Source: Nitrospirales bacterium
Lineage (GTDB): Bacteria; Nitrospirota; Nitrospiria; Nitrospirales; UBA8639
Assembly: GCA_965223295.1 (NCBI GenBank)
Contig: CBDCWC010000003.1
Span: 672,001-736,000 of the forward strand
Direction: 5' to 3'
DNA: 64,000 bases
Each line of letters opens with the position of its first letter. The first letter of the stretch is position 1. The translations under genes and the position numbers were made by a program. Below the pieces are notes generated by a model, which was not told the origin of the DNA, searched no databases, and saw only the letters and a program-made list of their open reading frames with translations. Positions 51,463 to 60,566 of this stretch are shown in pieces.

Positions 51463-51681
51463 ATGGCATCTTCTCAGGATCCACTGTTTTCGGGACTTGG
51501 AAAGGCAATGCGAGTGGGGACGGACCTACTCGCCGCCCTGATCGTCGGTGGATTCCTCGGATGGTTAGTTGATTCATATGTGTTGGAGACGACACCGTGG
51601 GGTATGACGGTTGGGTTGGTGCTGGGATTAATCGCTGGAATACGTAATGCCTACCGGGCCGCTCAACGTTGGGGAACATAG
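51463..51681 (+). CDS. AtpZ/AtpI-family membrane protein
   Basis: GG.LG...D.....T.PW.....L.LG...G.RN pattern; first gene of the F0 cluster. Confidence 0.85.
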   Translation: MASSQDPLFSGLGKAMRVGTDLLAALIVGGFLGWLVDSYVLETTPWGMTVGLVLGLIAGIRNAYRAAQRWGT

Positions 51682-51711
51682 TCTCACGATTTCACACAAT
51701 TAGGTTCAGCA

Positions 51712-52437
51712 TTGGAAGATCCATTACATCCCTTCGAGCTACATAACTTCATCCCGCTTTCCCTATTCGGTCTAGACATTTCGATTAACAAGGCCGTGTT
51801 GTTAATGTGGATTGTGGTGGGCGTCGCGTCGTTCCTGCTCTTAAAGGCTGGGGCAGCTAAATCGCTTGTCCCATCCAAACTTCAGAGCATGGCGGAATTG
51901 CTAGTGGAGTTTATTCGAGGCATCATTCAGGGTACGATGGGTCCATTGGGCATGCGCTATTTCCCACTTATCAGCGCATTGTTTCTGTTCATTTTATTTT
52001 GCAATCTTCTTGGACTAATACCCGGATCATATACTGTCACCAGCCAAATTATTGTCACAGGCGTCTTTGCCGTGATTGTGTACGGCCTGAGCCTTGTCAT
52101 CGGATTTCAATTACATGGCTCCAAGTTTTTAGGTATATTAGTTCCTCCTGGCACACCAGGATGGCTCCTGCCTTTAATGATTCCGATTGAATTGATTAGT
52201 CAGTTAGCTAGACCAATCTCTTTAGCTGTGCGATTATTTGCAAATATGACAGCAGGGCATGTCATTCTGGGTGTCTTATTTGGGTTAACGATTGCGGGCG
52301 GACTGCTCATTGGATGGCTTCCTTTTTCTTTCACCATTGTCTTATATGGTCTAGAGGTCGGTATCGCATTCATTCAAGCCTATATATTTACGGTCTTAAC
52401 GTGCGTTTATATGGGTGATGCTATTCATTTGCACTAA
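51712..52437 (+). CDS. atpB: F0 ATP synthase subunit a
   Basis: N.LGLIP, RP.SLAVRLFANMTAGH, QAYIF. Confidence 0.96.
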   Translation: MEDPLHPFELHNFIPLSLFGLDISINKAVLLMWIVVGVASFLLLKAGAAKSLVPSKLQSMAELLVEFIRGIIQGTMGPLGMRYFPLISALFLFILFCNLLGLIPGSYTVTSQIIVTGVFAVIVYGLSLVIGFQLHGSKFLGILVPPGTPGWLLPLMIPIELISQLARPISLAVRLFANMTAGHVILGVLFGLTIAGGLLIGWLPFSFTIVLYGLEVGIAFIQAYIFTVLTCVYMGDAIHLH

Positions 52438-52504
52438 TCACGTTCAAACCATGAAAGTCAGTCATTACTATTAGTCCCTTTTAAACTGGGAGGACCATAT
52501 TACA

Positions 52505-52732
52505 ATGGATTCTGCAGCAGCAGCACTTTTGGGAATGGGCCTAGCGGCCGCAGGTTTTGCAGGTGCCGGCATCGGCATTGGGTATATTTTCGGGAAAATG
52601 ATCGAAGCCGTCGCACGGCAGCCCGAGGCAGAAGGCCGAGTCGGGAAGTATATGTGGATCGGTTTCGCGCTGGTTGAAGCCATCGCACTTTACGGTCTGG
52701 TCATTGCCTTTATCATCATGGGCAAAGGATAA
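52505..52732 (+). CDS. atpE: F0 ATP synthase subunit c
   Basis: GxGxGxG, ARQPE, ALVEA. Confidence 0.97.
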   Translation: MDSAAAALLGMGLAAAGFAGAGIGIGYIFGKMIEAVARQPEAEGRVGKYMWIGFALVEAIALYGLVIAFIIMGKG

Positions 52733-52746
52733 GGGGCGAGTGTGCC

Positions 52747-53253
52747 ATGCCACAATTTGACTCACATTTCTTTTCGTCTCTGATTTTTTGGGAACTGATT
52801 TCGTTTGGCATTCTGCTCTGGGTACTCTACAAGTATGCTCTCCCTCCCATTCTCGAAACACTTGAAACCAGAGAGAGAAAAATTCGAGAGAGCTTAGACC
52901 AAGCCGAGCAGAGCCGAGCCACGGCTGAGCAGAAGCTGAAGGAATACGAAACGAAGCTCCAGGCAGCGGCCAAAGAAACGGAAACACTCATGACCGAAGC
53001 CAAACAAAAAGCGCAGCAGCTCCTGGATGAGAACCAGCAACGACTCCGTGCCGAGACCGATCGAATGAAAGAAGAAGCCGCCCAAGATATTGAGCGAGAA
53101 CGACGGAAAGCCGTGCAGGATATCAAAGACCAAACGGCTGATCTTGCAATTTTGGTCGCAGAAAAAGTCATTGGCCGCAGCTTGTCAGATGATGACAATC
53201 GTCGGTTTGCTCAAGAAGCCTTAGCTGAAGTCGCGGCCCATTCTAAAAATTGA
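52747..53253 (+). CDS. atpF: F0 ATP synthase subunit b
   Basis: MPQFD, N-terminal TM, PPI...LE.RE..I, long charged helix. Confidence 0.93.
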   Translation: MPQFDSHFFSSLIFWELISFGILLWVLYKYALPPILETLETRERKIRESLDQAEQSRATAEQKLKEYETKLQAAAKETETLMTEAKQKAQQLLDENQQRLRAETDRMKEEAAQDIERERRKAVQDIKDQTADLAILVAEKVIGRSLSDDDNRRFAQEALAEVAAHSKN

Positions 53254-53329
53254 TCTTGGTCAGCAACAATCTATTGCAGACTAGATTCTCAGTTTTAGGA
53301 ATTCAGAAAACTACTTCACAAAACATTCC

Positions 53330-53360
53330 AAAGAGGGAAGGACAACTTCCCTCTTTTTTT
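53330..53360 (+). terminator. Intrinsic terminator between atpF and larE
   Basis: AAAGAGGGAAG / CTTCCCTCTTT stem followed by a T run. Confidence 0.85.
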
Positions 53361-54177
53361 ACCCTTGCGAATTTCCGCCACCTGCACGATACCCTTCCAA
53401 GTCAACGGTCACAGTCTTAAACCCCAAGTCTTTCAAGGCGGCAACAAGACGAGACCGCCGAGGCTCTTCCGCCAGCAACGGAATTTCTGAAGATCCAACT
53501 TCGATGCGGGCCATTTCTCCATGTAGGCGGACACGTACCTGAGTCAATCCCTCTGCCAACAAAAACGCTTCGGCCTGTTCAACGCGAGATAACGATGCTG
53601 TTGTAATAGAAATCCCTCGGGCGATTCGAGAGGATAGACAAGCCGCTGCAGGTTTTTTCCAATTGGCTAGGCCCAAAGCTTGAGCCAATTGTCGGATATC
53701 AGACTTATTGCAATTGGCTTCTAATAAGGGGCTTTGCACACCTAACTGTTTTCCGGCTTGAATGCCGGGCCGGTCTTCACCCATATCATCAACATTCGTT
53801 CCATCCACAATTGCTTGAAAACCAGCATCCTTTTGAATCTTTGACAGCAACTGATAGAGATCCGTTTTGCAATGAAAACAGCGCGATGCATCATTCTGCA
53901 CAAATGCTTCGATTTGTAATTGATCGGTTTCAACAATCTGTAGTGGCACACCAATGTCTTGACACAAACGCCGGGCATCTTCCAGTTCACTCTGAGTCAA
54001 GGTCGGCGAAGTGGCAATAACGGCTTTGGCCGACTGCGCAAGAGTATCAACAGCCACCTTCAATACCAATGTGCTGTCTACTCCGCCCGAAAAGGCCACG
54101 ACCACAGATCCCAGATCTTGAAAAATTTTCTGTAACTGGCCGTATTTACGTTGAAGGGCTGGCTCAAGACTCAGCAT
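53359..54177 (-). CDS. larE: LarE-family PP-loop sulfur transferase (TIGR00268)
   Basis: AFSGGVDS, RCFHCK, DGTN.DD...RPG, ACLSSR, RVR.H, DL.GYR. Confidence 0.92.
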   Translation of the reverse strand: MLSLEPALQRKYGQLQKIFQDLGSVVVAFSGGVDSTLVLKVAVDTLAQSAKAVIATSPTLTQSELEDARRLCQDIGVPLQIVETDQLQIEAFVQNDASRCFHCKTDLYQLLSKIQKDAGFQAIVDGTNVDDMGEDRPGIQAGKQLGVQSPLLEANCNKSDIRQLAQALGLANWKKPAAACLSSRIARGISITTASLSRVEQAEAFLLAEGLTQVRVRLHGEMARIEVGSSEIPLLAEEPRRSRLVAALKDLGFKTVTVDLEGYRAGGGNSQG

Positions 54178-55261
54178 AAATTGGAAGCACTCGTTTGGGA
54201 TGAGGCATGGAAGCTTTTAACATTTCTGAAGCCGATTGCCCTAATTGCCCACAGGCCCCTAAGACATCATCCCCTCGGCTTTTGCGGAGAAACGCATCCA
54301 GTCCTCGATTGCGAAGAATTTGCTGAAATGCCTCAATACTTTCCGGAGCCGAACGTCGAAATGCACTACCGGAGAATTCATTAAACGGAATGAGATTAAT
54401 CTTATATCGAATGCCGCGTAACAATGAGACCAATCGATTGGCATCTTCTCGGGTATCATTCACACCGGCAAGCAAAACATACTCAAACGTCAATGGACGC
54501 TCACTAGACATGACATATTCACGACTGGCCTGTAATAAGGCTTTAAGATTGTAACGCTTATTCACGGCTGGCATTAGATAGTCTCGTTGCGCGTTCGTGG
54601 TCCCATTCAGAGAAATCGCTAGATTCACACCTAAACGTCGAACATCTGGAAACCGTGGAATCCAGCCTGCTGTCGACACCGTGATACGCCGAGGGGAAAA
54701 TCCTAATCCCCATTCAATATTTGTTAAACGTTGGATCGCGTCAGCTAGCGCTTCAAAATTCATCAACGGCTCCCCCATACCCATAAAAACCAGGGAGGTA
54801 AGATGCTCTGGTTCAAGCAGCATGGCTTGCACATTCAACACTTGACCAACAATCTCATGGGCCCGTAAGTTCCGTTTAATCCCCATCTGTGCGGTTAAAC
54901 AAAACCCGCAATCCAATGTGCAGCCCACTTGGGAAGAAATACACAATGTCCGACGACGTTCTTCCGGAATCAACACAGTTTCCACAGACAAGCCATCGGC
55001 CAAGCGCCATAAAAACTTTTTGGTGCCATCACCAGAGACCCGAGACGAGATCTTTTCATCCTTGTGAATTGTAGCGACTCGCTGCAAGCGCTTTCGATCC
55101 ACTTTGGACAGGTTGGTCATCGCATCAATATCAGCAACGCGATGCTGATACAACCATTGCAAAATTTGCTGGGTTCGATACCGAGGCCAACCAAGCTCTT
55201 GGACCAAGACTTTGGTTTCTTCCGCATTGAGAGCTAACAAATTCACTAAAGACGTCTTCAT
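54164..55261 (-). CDS. rlmN: 23S rRNA/tRNA m2A radical-SAM methyltransferase
   Basis: CISSQVGC...C.FC, MGMGEP, FEYVL, NLIPFN, ACGQL. Confidence 0.96.
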   Translation of the reverse strand: MKTSLVNLLALNAEETKVLVQELGWPRYRTQQILQWLYQHRVADIDAMTNLSKVDRKRLQRVATIHKDEKISSRVSGDGTKKFLWRLADGLSVETVLIPEERRRTLCISSQVGCTLDCGFCLTAQMGIKRNLRAHEIVGQVLNVQAMLLEPEHLTSLVFMGMGEPLMNFEALADAIQRLTNIEWGLGFSPRRITVSTAGWIPRFPDVRRLGVNLAISLNGTTNAQRDYLMPAVNKRYNLKALLQASREYVMSSERPLTFEYVLLAGVNDTREDANRLVSLLRGIRYKINLIPFNEFSGSAFRRSAPESIEAFQQILRNRGLDAFLRKSRGDDVLGACGQLGQSASEMLKASMPHPKRVLPIYAES

Positions 55262-55336
55262 TTTCAATCAATTACTCAGAATGTATCTCCACAACATGGC
55301 CTGATCATACCATCTCTTTGGAACTCTGCCACTCAA

Positions 55337-55561
55337 GGGCCCGTTGAAAAAAGCCGCCAGCAGCGTTCTCACCCTTTTCCCGTGCTCACGTACTGCCAGT
55401 ACGCGCCGCGCGCAAAAATAGCTGTGGCCTTGCTGGACCTGGCTTCGCCGAAGCGGCTTCGCGCAGGCGAGTGGACATTTTTGAACGGCCCCGATGCTGT
55501 TGATGGCGAACCGCTTCCGGGCGAAATATGGCCTTTGATATCTTCATTATTCAACACTCCC
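55337..55561 (+). mobile_element. MITE family B, long form with nested palindromic insert (225 bp)
   Basis: GGGCCCGTTGAAAAA...TTCAACACTCCC; ACTCAA duplicated on both flanks; extra about 33-bp palindrome near 55438-55470. Confidence 0.88.
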
Positions 55562-56005
55562 ACTCAAAAATCTTGGAGATTCCTTTTGTTGTGATTTCGA
55601 TATAATTCTTAGGTTTTTATACTTATCTACATATAGGCAAGAGAAAACAAACCAAAACAGCCGCAGTCAAATTCAATATCTGAAATATCCTTGAACATTG
55701 CATAAATCAGATCTTTGGGCAAGCATCGATTAAAGCATCATACTCTATTCAATTTAGGAAAAAGTTTTTATTTTTTGATGGCTATACCTATATTGGAAGA
55801 CTTCATGGTAGTCAATTTTATATCATCAATCTACCACATATTGGTCTTGATAGTGGTCTGTATACTTCTAATTGCTTCAGCTAAATACATTTAATCATGC
55901 TGATACCGAACGCCATACAAACGTACCATATACTCCACAGAGACAAATCATAATTTGTATCATTTACAGGAAGCATAGAAAAAATTTTAAATTAAAGCTT
56001 GCTTG

Positions 56006-56053
56006 TTGACTTTGCTTTAAAACACGAATAAAATTACCACCAATATATGGTGG
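56006..56053 (+). promoter_or_regulatory. sigma70 promoter with an operator over the transcription start
   Basis: TTGACT-N17-TAAAAT (56006-56034) followed by palindrome CCACCA-ATATA-TGGTGG (56037-56053). Confidence 0.75.
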
Positions 56054-56063
56054 AGCGAGAAAG

Positions 56064-56588
56064 ATGGAGAATCGGGATGATGAACTCGAAGATATCCTTG
56101 GCGGCTTGGAACAACGGATTAGTGTGTACGAACGAAAGCGCAAGGAACTTAAAAAACAGCGGGAGCAATTAGGTGAAGAAATCGCAACGGTTGAGAAATA
56201 CTTGGAGCTGGCAAAAACACTCTATCGGGTGGAAGCTGACAAAGCGAAACTGGCCAACCTCTCAATCCAAATCGCCTCACAAGAAAAAGGAGCCGTGTCG
56301 ACATCTGACGTCGACGCTGCGGCTCAATCGCGAGAGATTCTTCTGGGGCGGAGCAAGTATGTCGGACGAAGTGTCCCGGATGCGGTGTACATGGTTTTGC
56401 AAGAGGTAGGTCATCCCTTGCATGCCAAAGATCTGTATCAACGACTCAAAGAAGGTGGAATGCCCATCAGAGGAAAAACGCCCGTGACATCCATCGCCAC
56501 TTCCTTAAAACGAGATTCGCGATTTCGTAAAGTGGGGCCGAATACATTCGAAGTGACACATGACAAACCTTTAACGAAAGTGGTTTGA
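56064..56588 (+). CDS. Coiled-coil + C-terminal winged-helix (HARE-HTH-like) protein
   Basis: N-terminal heptads; DA.Y.VL...G.PLH.KDL...L......GKTP..SI...L.RD.RF.KVG..TF winged-helix pattern. Confidence 0.8.
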   Translation: MENRDDELEDILGGLEQRISVYERKRKELKKQREQLGEEIATVEKYLELAKTLYRVEADKAKLANLSIQIASQEKGAVSTSDVDAAAQSREILLGRSKYVGRSVPDAVYMVLQEVGHPLHAKDLYQRLKEGGMPIRGKTPVTSIATSLKRDSRFRKVGPNTFEVTHDKPLTKVV

Positions 56589-56637
56589 CAAGATAAGGGA
56601 TCAAGAGTTCCCTTCTTGGAGAAAGGAGGTGAGTGTC

Positions 56638-56724
56638 TTGGCCGTCACGAAGAAGAAAGCCGCTCCCAAGAGAAAAGCGGCGTCCGCTAAACCGAAAGCC
56701 AAAGCAAAAACTAAGAAAAAGTAA
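56638..56724 (+). CDS. 28-aa Lys/Ala/Pro-rich histone-H1-like microprotein
   Basis: AAAGGAGGTGA RBS, TTG start, MAVTKKKAAPKRKAASAKPKAKAKTKKK, then a terminator. Confidence 0.8.
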   Translation: MAVTKKKAAPKRKAASAKPKAKAKTKKK

Positions 56725-56747
56725 CCTGCAGTTCCCACCAGCAGTAC

Positions 56748-56785
56748 CGCCGGGGGTAGGGCCACCTGCTCCCGGCGTGTTTTTT
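56748..56785 (+). terminator. Intrinsic terminator
   Basis: CGCCGGGGGTAGG / CCTGCTCCCGGCG stem followed by TGTTTTTT. Confidence 0.85.
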
Positions 56786-56887
56786 ATTTCCTTACCATTG
56801 TCTACTCGCCTCAACGTTCCTTACAATTCTCTACATTCCAAATAGACGTGGAATTCCTGATAGCTCCCTCTTTCCCCTCACCCAACC

Positions 56888-57697
56888 ATGATGCTCTCTT
56901 CTAATGAAATCGACAACCTCACGCAAACGGCCATTCAAGCTGCCCGGCAAGGTGGCACCATCCTGCAAGACTATGCACAAAAGGGCTTTACCATTCATTC
57001 TAAAGGCGAGGCCATTAACCTCGTCACCGAAGCTGACTTACAATCAGAGAAAGCGATCATTCAGACAATTCGTCAAGCATTCCCAGATCACCAGATACTA
57101 AGCGAAGAAGAAGGCGCACAGGAAAGCCCGCCACATGCCATCAAATGGATCATCGACCCGTTAGACGGCACGGTGAACTTCGCACATGGCTTTCCTATGT
57201 ACAATGTCTCAGTCGGAATTGAATACAACGGGACCTGCGTCATTGGCGTGACGTACGATCCCACTCGCGATGAACTGTTTCTTGGACAACAGGGGCGTGG
57301 TGCAACACTTAATGGCAATCCTATTCACGTATCAGAAGCACCAACGCTCGAGCAAGCCTTACTTGTCACAGGCTTTGCCTATGACGTCCATACGGCCACA
57401 GACAACAATCTCAAAGAATTCTGCGCCTTCACGGTACGTGCTGGAGGCATGCGCCGCACAGGCACGGCAGCCATTGATCTCTGCTACATTGCTTGCGGTC
57501 GCCTGGATGGATTTTGGGAACTCCAACTTAAACCTTGGGACACCGCAGCAGGTAAAGTCATTGTGGAAGAAGCGGGAGGGAAAATTACAAACTACAAGGG
57601 AGAACCGTATTCTATATATGGCACCACCACCCTAGCCACCAACGGCCTCATCCACGATGAAATGAGAAACGTGATGAGAGAAGCGCGAACACCATGA
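56888..57697 (+). CDS. suhB: Inositol monophosphatase family protein
   Basis: VTEAD, EE, WIIDPLDGT.NF.HG, WD.AAG. Confidence 0.92.
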   Translation: MMLSSNEIDNLTQTAIQAARQGGTILQDYAQKGFTIHSKGEAINLVTEADLQSEKAIIQTIRQAFPDHQILSEEEGAQESPPHAIKWIIDPLDGTVNFAHGFPMYNVSVGIEYNGTCVIGVTYDPTRDELFLGQQGRGATLNGNPIHVSEAPTLEQALLVTGFAYDVHTATDNNLKEFCAFTVRAGGMRRTGTAAIDLCYIACGRLDGFWELQLKPWDTAAGKVIVEEAGGKITNYKGEPYSIYGTTTLATNGLIHDEMRNVMREARTP

Positions 57698-57791
57698 GCC
57701 CTTCTCTCACCACTCTGTTTCCACCCCACTGCATCAGTGGCCTCTCTTCGATTGGAACAAATTGGCCGAGGCGAGATGGATTCCTCATTGA

Positions 57792-57978
57792 GGGTCCCTT
57801 GAATACTTCGATCTCAAGTTTCGAAAAACCTTCAGAGCAGCGGTGCCTTCAATTCGACGGGAATGGTCAAAAAAGTCCGTCCAGCAAGGCCGCAGCCATT
57901 TGATGCGCGGAGCGTACTGGCAATACGTGAGCACAGCAAAAGGGCGAGAACGCCGCTGGCGGCTTTTTTCAACAGCCC
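57792..57978 (-). mobile_element. MITE family B copy (core 57859-57978; probable outer end at 57792)
   Basis: Core aligns with the other copies; GGGTCCCTTGAATA resembles the outer end; no TSD seen. Confidence 0.8.
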
Positions 57979-58138
57979 CCTAAAAGAAAGAACGCGATAT
58001 TTGACATGAAGGAAAGCCCCATCATTCCAAAGAGATTGCCCTACAGAAATTTCGGTTATCGATTTTTAGTTTTCGCGATGTGAGGCAATATCAAAAATGG
58101 ACGTGAGAAGAACAAAACAGCGCAGCCCAAAACCGGCT

Positions 58139-58669
58139 TCAATTAGATTCAGCGAGCAGGCGTTGGATGGTTTGTTCTGTTTGCTCATAGGCCCCTTCGC
58201 CGATGCGGGTATATTGAATCATTCCCTTTTTGTCAATCACATATAACGTCGGCCAGTAGCGGTTTCGGTAAAGCCGCCAGTTCTCAAAATCATTGTCGAT
58301 CGGGACCGCATAGGAGATGTGGTTTTCATGCACATAGTTTTTGACTTTATCTATTTCCTTCTCATAGTCAAATTCTGGCGAGTGCACGGCTATGATGACT
58401 AACCCCTGATCAGCATACTTCTTATGCCATTCCTTCACATACGGTTCAATGTTTCGGCAGTTCCAGCATCCAAACGTCCAGAACTCCACCATCACCACTT
58501 TGCCTCTCAACTCCTCCATCTTGAGCGGCTTTGAATTTATCCAAAATGGACTGATAATCTCTGGCGCTTGATTATTCTTAGCAAAACTTATTGAGACAAA
58601 ATTCAATATGGCACTGACCATACTGAAAATTACCAGACTTCTTAAGATCTTCTTTTTTCTGGCTCTCAT
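58139..58669 (-). CDS. Exported thioredoxin-fold redoxin (TlpA/DipZ-like)
   Basis: LRGKVV.VEFWT..CWNC, VHSPEF, YWPT.Y.IDK.G. Confidence 0.9.
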   Translation of the reverse strand: MRARKKKILRSLVIFSMVSAILNFVSISFAKNNQAPEIISPFWINSKPLKMEELRGKVVMVEFWTFGCWNCRNIEPYVKEWHKKYADQGLVIIAVHSPEFDYEKEIDKVKNYVHENHISYAVPIDNDFENWRLYRNRYWPTLYVIDKKGMIQYTRIGEGAYEQTEQTIQRLLAESN

Positions 58670-58852
58670 CTTTCAGTCTCCCTTTCAAATCTTGATATTC
58701 TTTCTAAATACATACCAAGAGTTCCCCAACTTTTTACTCTTGCTGCGGTTCACCCTCAATAGCGAGAGGGCTAACGCCTACTATTAAAACTACTTTCCCG
58801 TCTTCTCGATCAGTCTATTTAACTATCCATCTATTACAAACACTACAAGAAT

Positions 58853-58924
58853 AAGGGGTCAGACTCGATTTAATTTCCGCATATATCAGCAATAATGCAA
58901 GAATTAAATCGAGTCTGACCCCTT
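58853..58924. repeat. REP-like perfect hairpin (GGGTCAGACTCGATT family), copy 2
   Basis: 23-bp perfect inverted repeat (58853-58875 / 58902-58924) just after the prfC stop. Confidence 0.85.
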
Positions 58925-58938
58925 TTTAAGCCAATTGT

Positions 58939-60540
58939 TTAGCCCATGCCTTTGAAGTCGTGTTGGGGGTTGCGTTCACGGGCGAAGTTTTTGGACCAGG
59001 CGCTGCGGAACAGAACGACGGGGCGATCTTGACTGTCCTTGACCACCAAGGCATCAGACGGAGGCCTAAATGTATCCACATCTCCCACTAACCAGGCGCT
59101 GGATTCGTATGGCAACATATCCACGATAGCTCTGACGCGATATTCGTTTTGCAAGCGAAACTCTAAGACATCAAACTGGAGACGCCCGACGGCCCCGACG
59201 AAAAAGTCCAAGCCATCCAAACTTCGCATGATTTGAATGGCGCCCTCCTTCGCAAGTTGCTCAATCCCTTTATCGAAAGACTTTCGCATGGTGGTATCCT
59301 TCGGACGAACCCGTGCAAAGACTTCAGGTTGAAATTGAGGAAGCGGTTTGTAGTTAAAACCTTCTGTCAAGGAGATGGTATCACCAATTTGAAACGCGCC
59401 CGTATTAATAATTCCGATCACGTCTCCCGGATACGCGGCATCTACCGTGTTTCGTTCTTTGGCAACCATGCTGTGCGGACGGGATAGCCTCACATCGCTT
59501 TTTGTCCGATGATGTTTCACAACCATGTCCCGATCAAATTTTCCCGAACAAACGCGCATGAAGGCGGTACTATCTCGATGACGTGGATTCATATTAGCCT
59601 GAAGTTTAAACACATAGGCGCTAAAAGGCACCTCTGCGGGATCAATAGCTTGTTCTTTTCCATCTGAAGTTTCAGCTATCCGGGCATGGGGATGTGGGGC
59701 CATATCCACAAAGGCATCAAAAAATGGCTCCACACCGAAATTGGTGAGAGCCGATCCAAAAAATACCGGTGTAACTTTCCCATCCTGAAACGCATCAATT
59801 GAAAACGGATTCCCCGCAATCTCTAATAACTCTAGATCATGCTCTAACTCTTCCCAGATGTAAGTTGGCACGCGACTCTTCAGAGAAGGATCATCTAGAG
59901 ACAACTCGGTCAATTCCGGCTTAGCTGCTCCAGCCTTCGCAGTCTTAGTATAGAGCAACACCTGACAGGTTTCCCGGTTCACGACACCCATAAACTCGCG
60001 CCCGGATCCGATGGGCCAATTGATAGGACTTGCGTGAATCCTCAAAATTTCCTCCACTTCAGCCATCAGGTCCAACGGTGGTCTTCCAGGAAGATCCATT
60101 TTATTAATAAACGTCAGCACAGGAATTTGACGAAGCCGGCAGACTTCAAACAGTTTTCGAGTTTGCGTTTCCACACCTTTAGCGGCATCGATGACCATAA
60201 TCGCACTATCGGCAGCTGTTAGTGTGCGATAGGTATCTTCGCAAAAATCTTGATGGCCAGGCGTATCCAACACATTGATTACGGCCTCTTTGTAAGGAAA
60301 CTGCATCGCGGAGGCCGTGATGGAAATGCCACGCTCCTGCTCCATTTCCATCCAATCCGAGGTGGCCATTTTTGAATTTTTTCTCGCCCCGACCATGCCA
60401 GCCGTTCGAACCATGCCGGAATACAACAACAGCTTTTCCGTTAACGTCGTCTTGCCAGCATCAGGATGGCTAATAATCGCAAACGTTCGACGCTTACTCG
60501 CAGCCGCACGAATTTCTTGTTGAAGTTGAGATGGCGTCAT
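58939..60540 (-). CDS. prfC: Peptide chain release factor 3
   Basis: RRTFAIISHPDAGKTTLTEK, SDWM.ME..RGIS, DTPGH.DF.EDTYR, GAVG.LQF. Confidence 0.97.
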   Translation of the reverse strand: MTPSQLQQEIRAAASKRRTFAIISHPDAGKTTLTEKLLLYSGMVRTAGMVGARKNSKMATSDWMEMEQERGISITASAMQFPYKEAVINVLDTPGHQDFCEDTYRTLTAADSAIMVIDAAKGVETQTRKLFEVCRLRQIPVLTFINKMDLPGRPPLDLMAEVEEILRIHASPINWPIGSGREFMGVVNRETCQVLLYTKTAKAGAAKPELTELSLDDPSLKSRVPTYIWEELEHDLELLEIAGNPFSIDAFQDGKVTPVFFGSALTNFGVEPFFDAFVDMAPHPHARIAETSDGKEQAIDPAEVPFSAYVFKLQANMNPRHRDSTAFMRVCSGKFDRDMVVKHHRTKSDVRLSRPHSMVAKERNTVDAAYPGDVIGIINTGAFQIGDTISLTEGFNYKPLPQFQPEVFARVRPKDTTMRKSFDKGIEQLAKEGAIQIMRSLDGLDFFVGAVGRLQFDVLEFRLQNEYRVRAIVDMLPYESSAWLVGDVDTFRPPSDALVVKDSQDRPVVLFRSAWSKNFARERNPQHDFKGMG

Positions 60541-60566
60541 GATGTTTTCGGAAGACCAGGGCGATG

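Noticed and set aside
55562-56063. Replication origin
   Set aside because: Only one near-match DnaA box (TTATCTACA) seen and no dnaA/dnaN/gidA context
56633-56845. 70-aa ORF given in the track
   Set aside because: Its GTG is too close to the RBS and it runs through the terminator; the 28-aa TTG frame fits both signals
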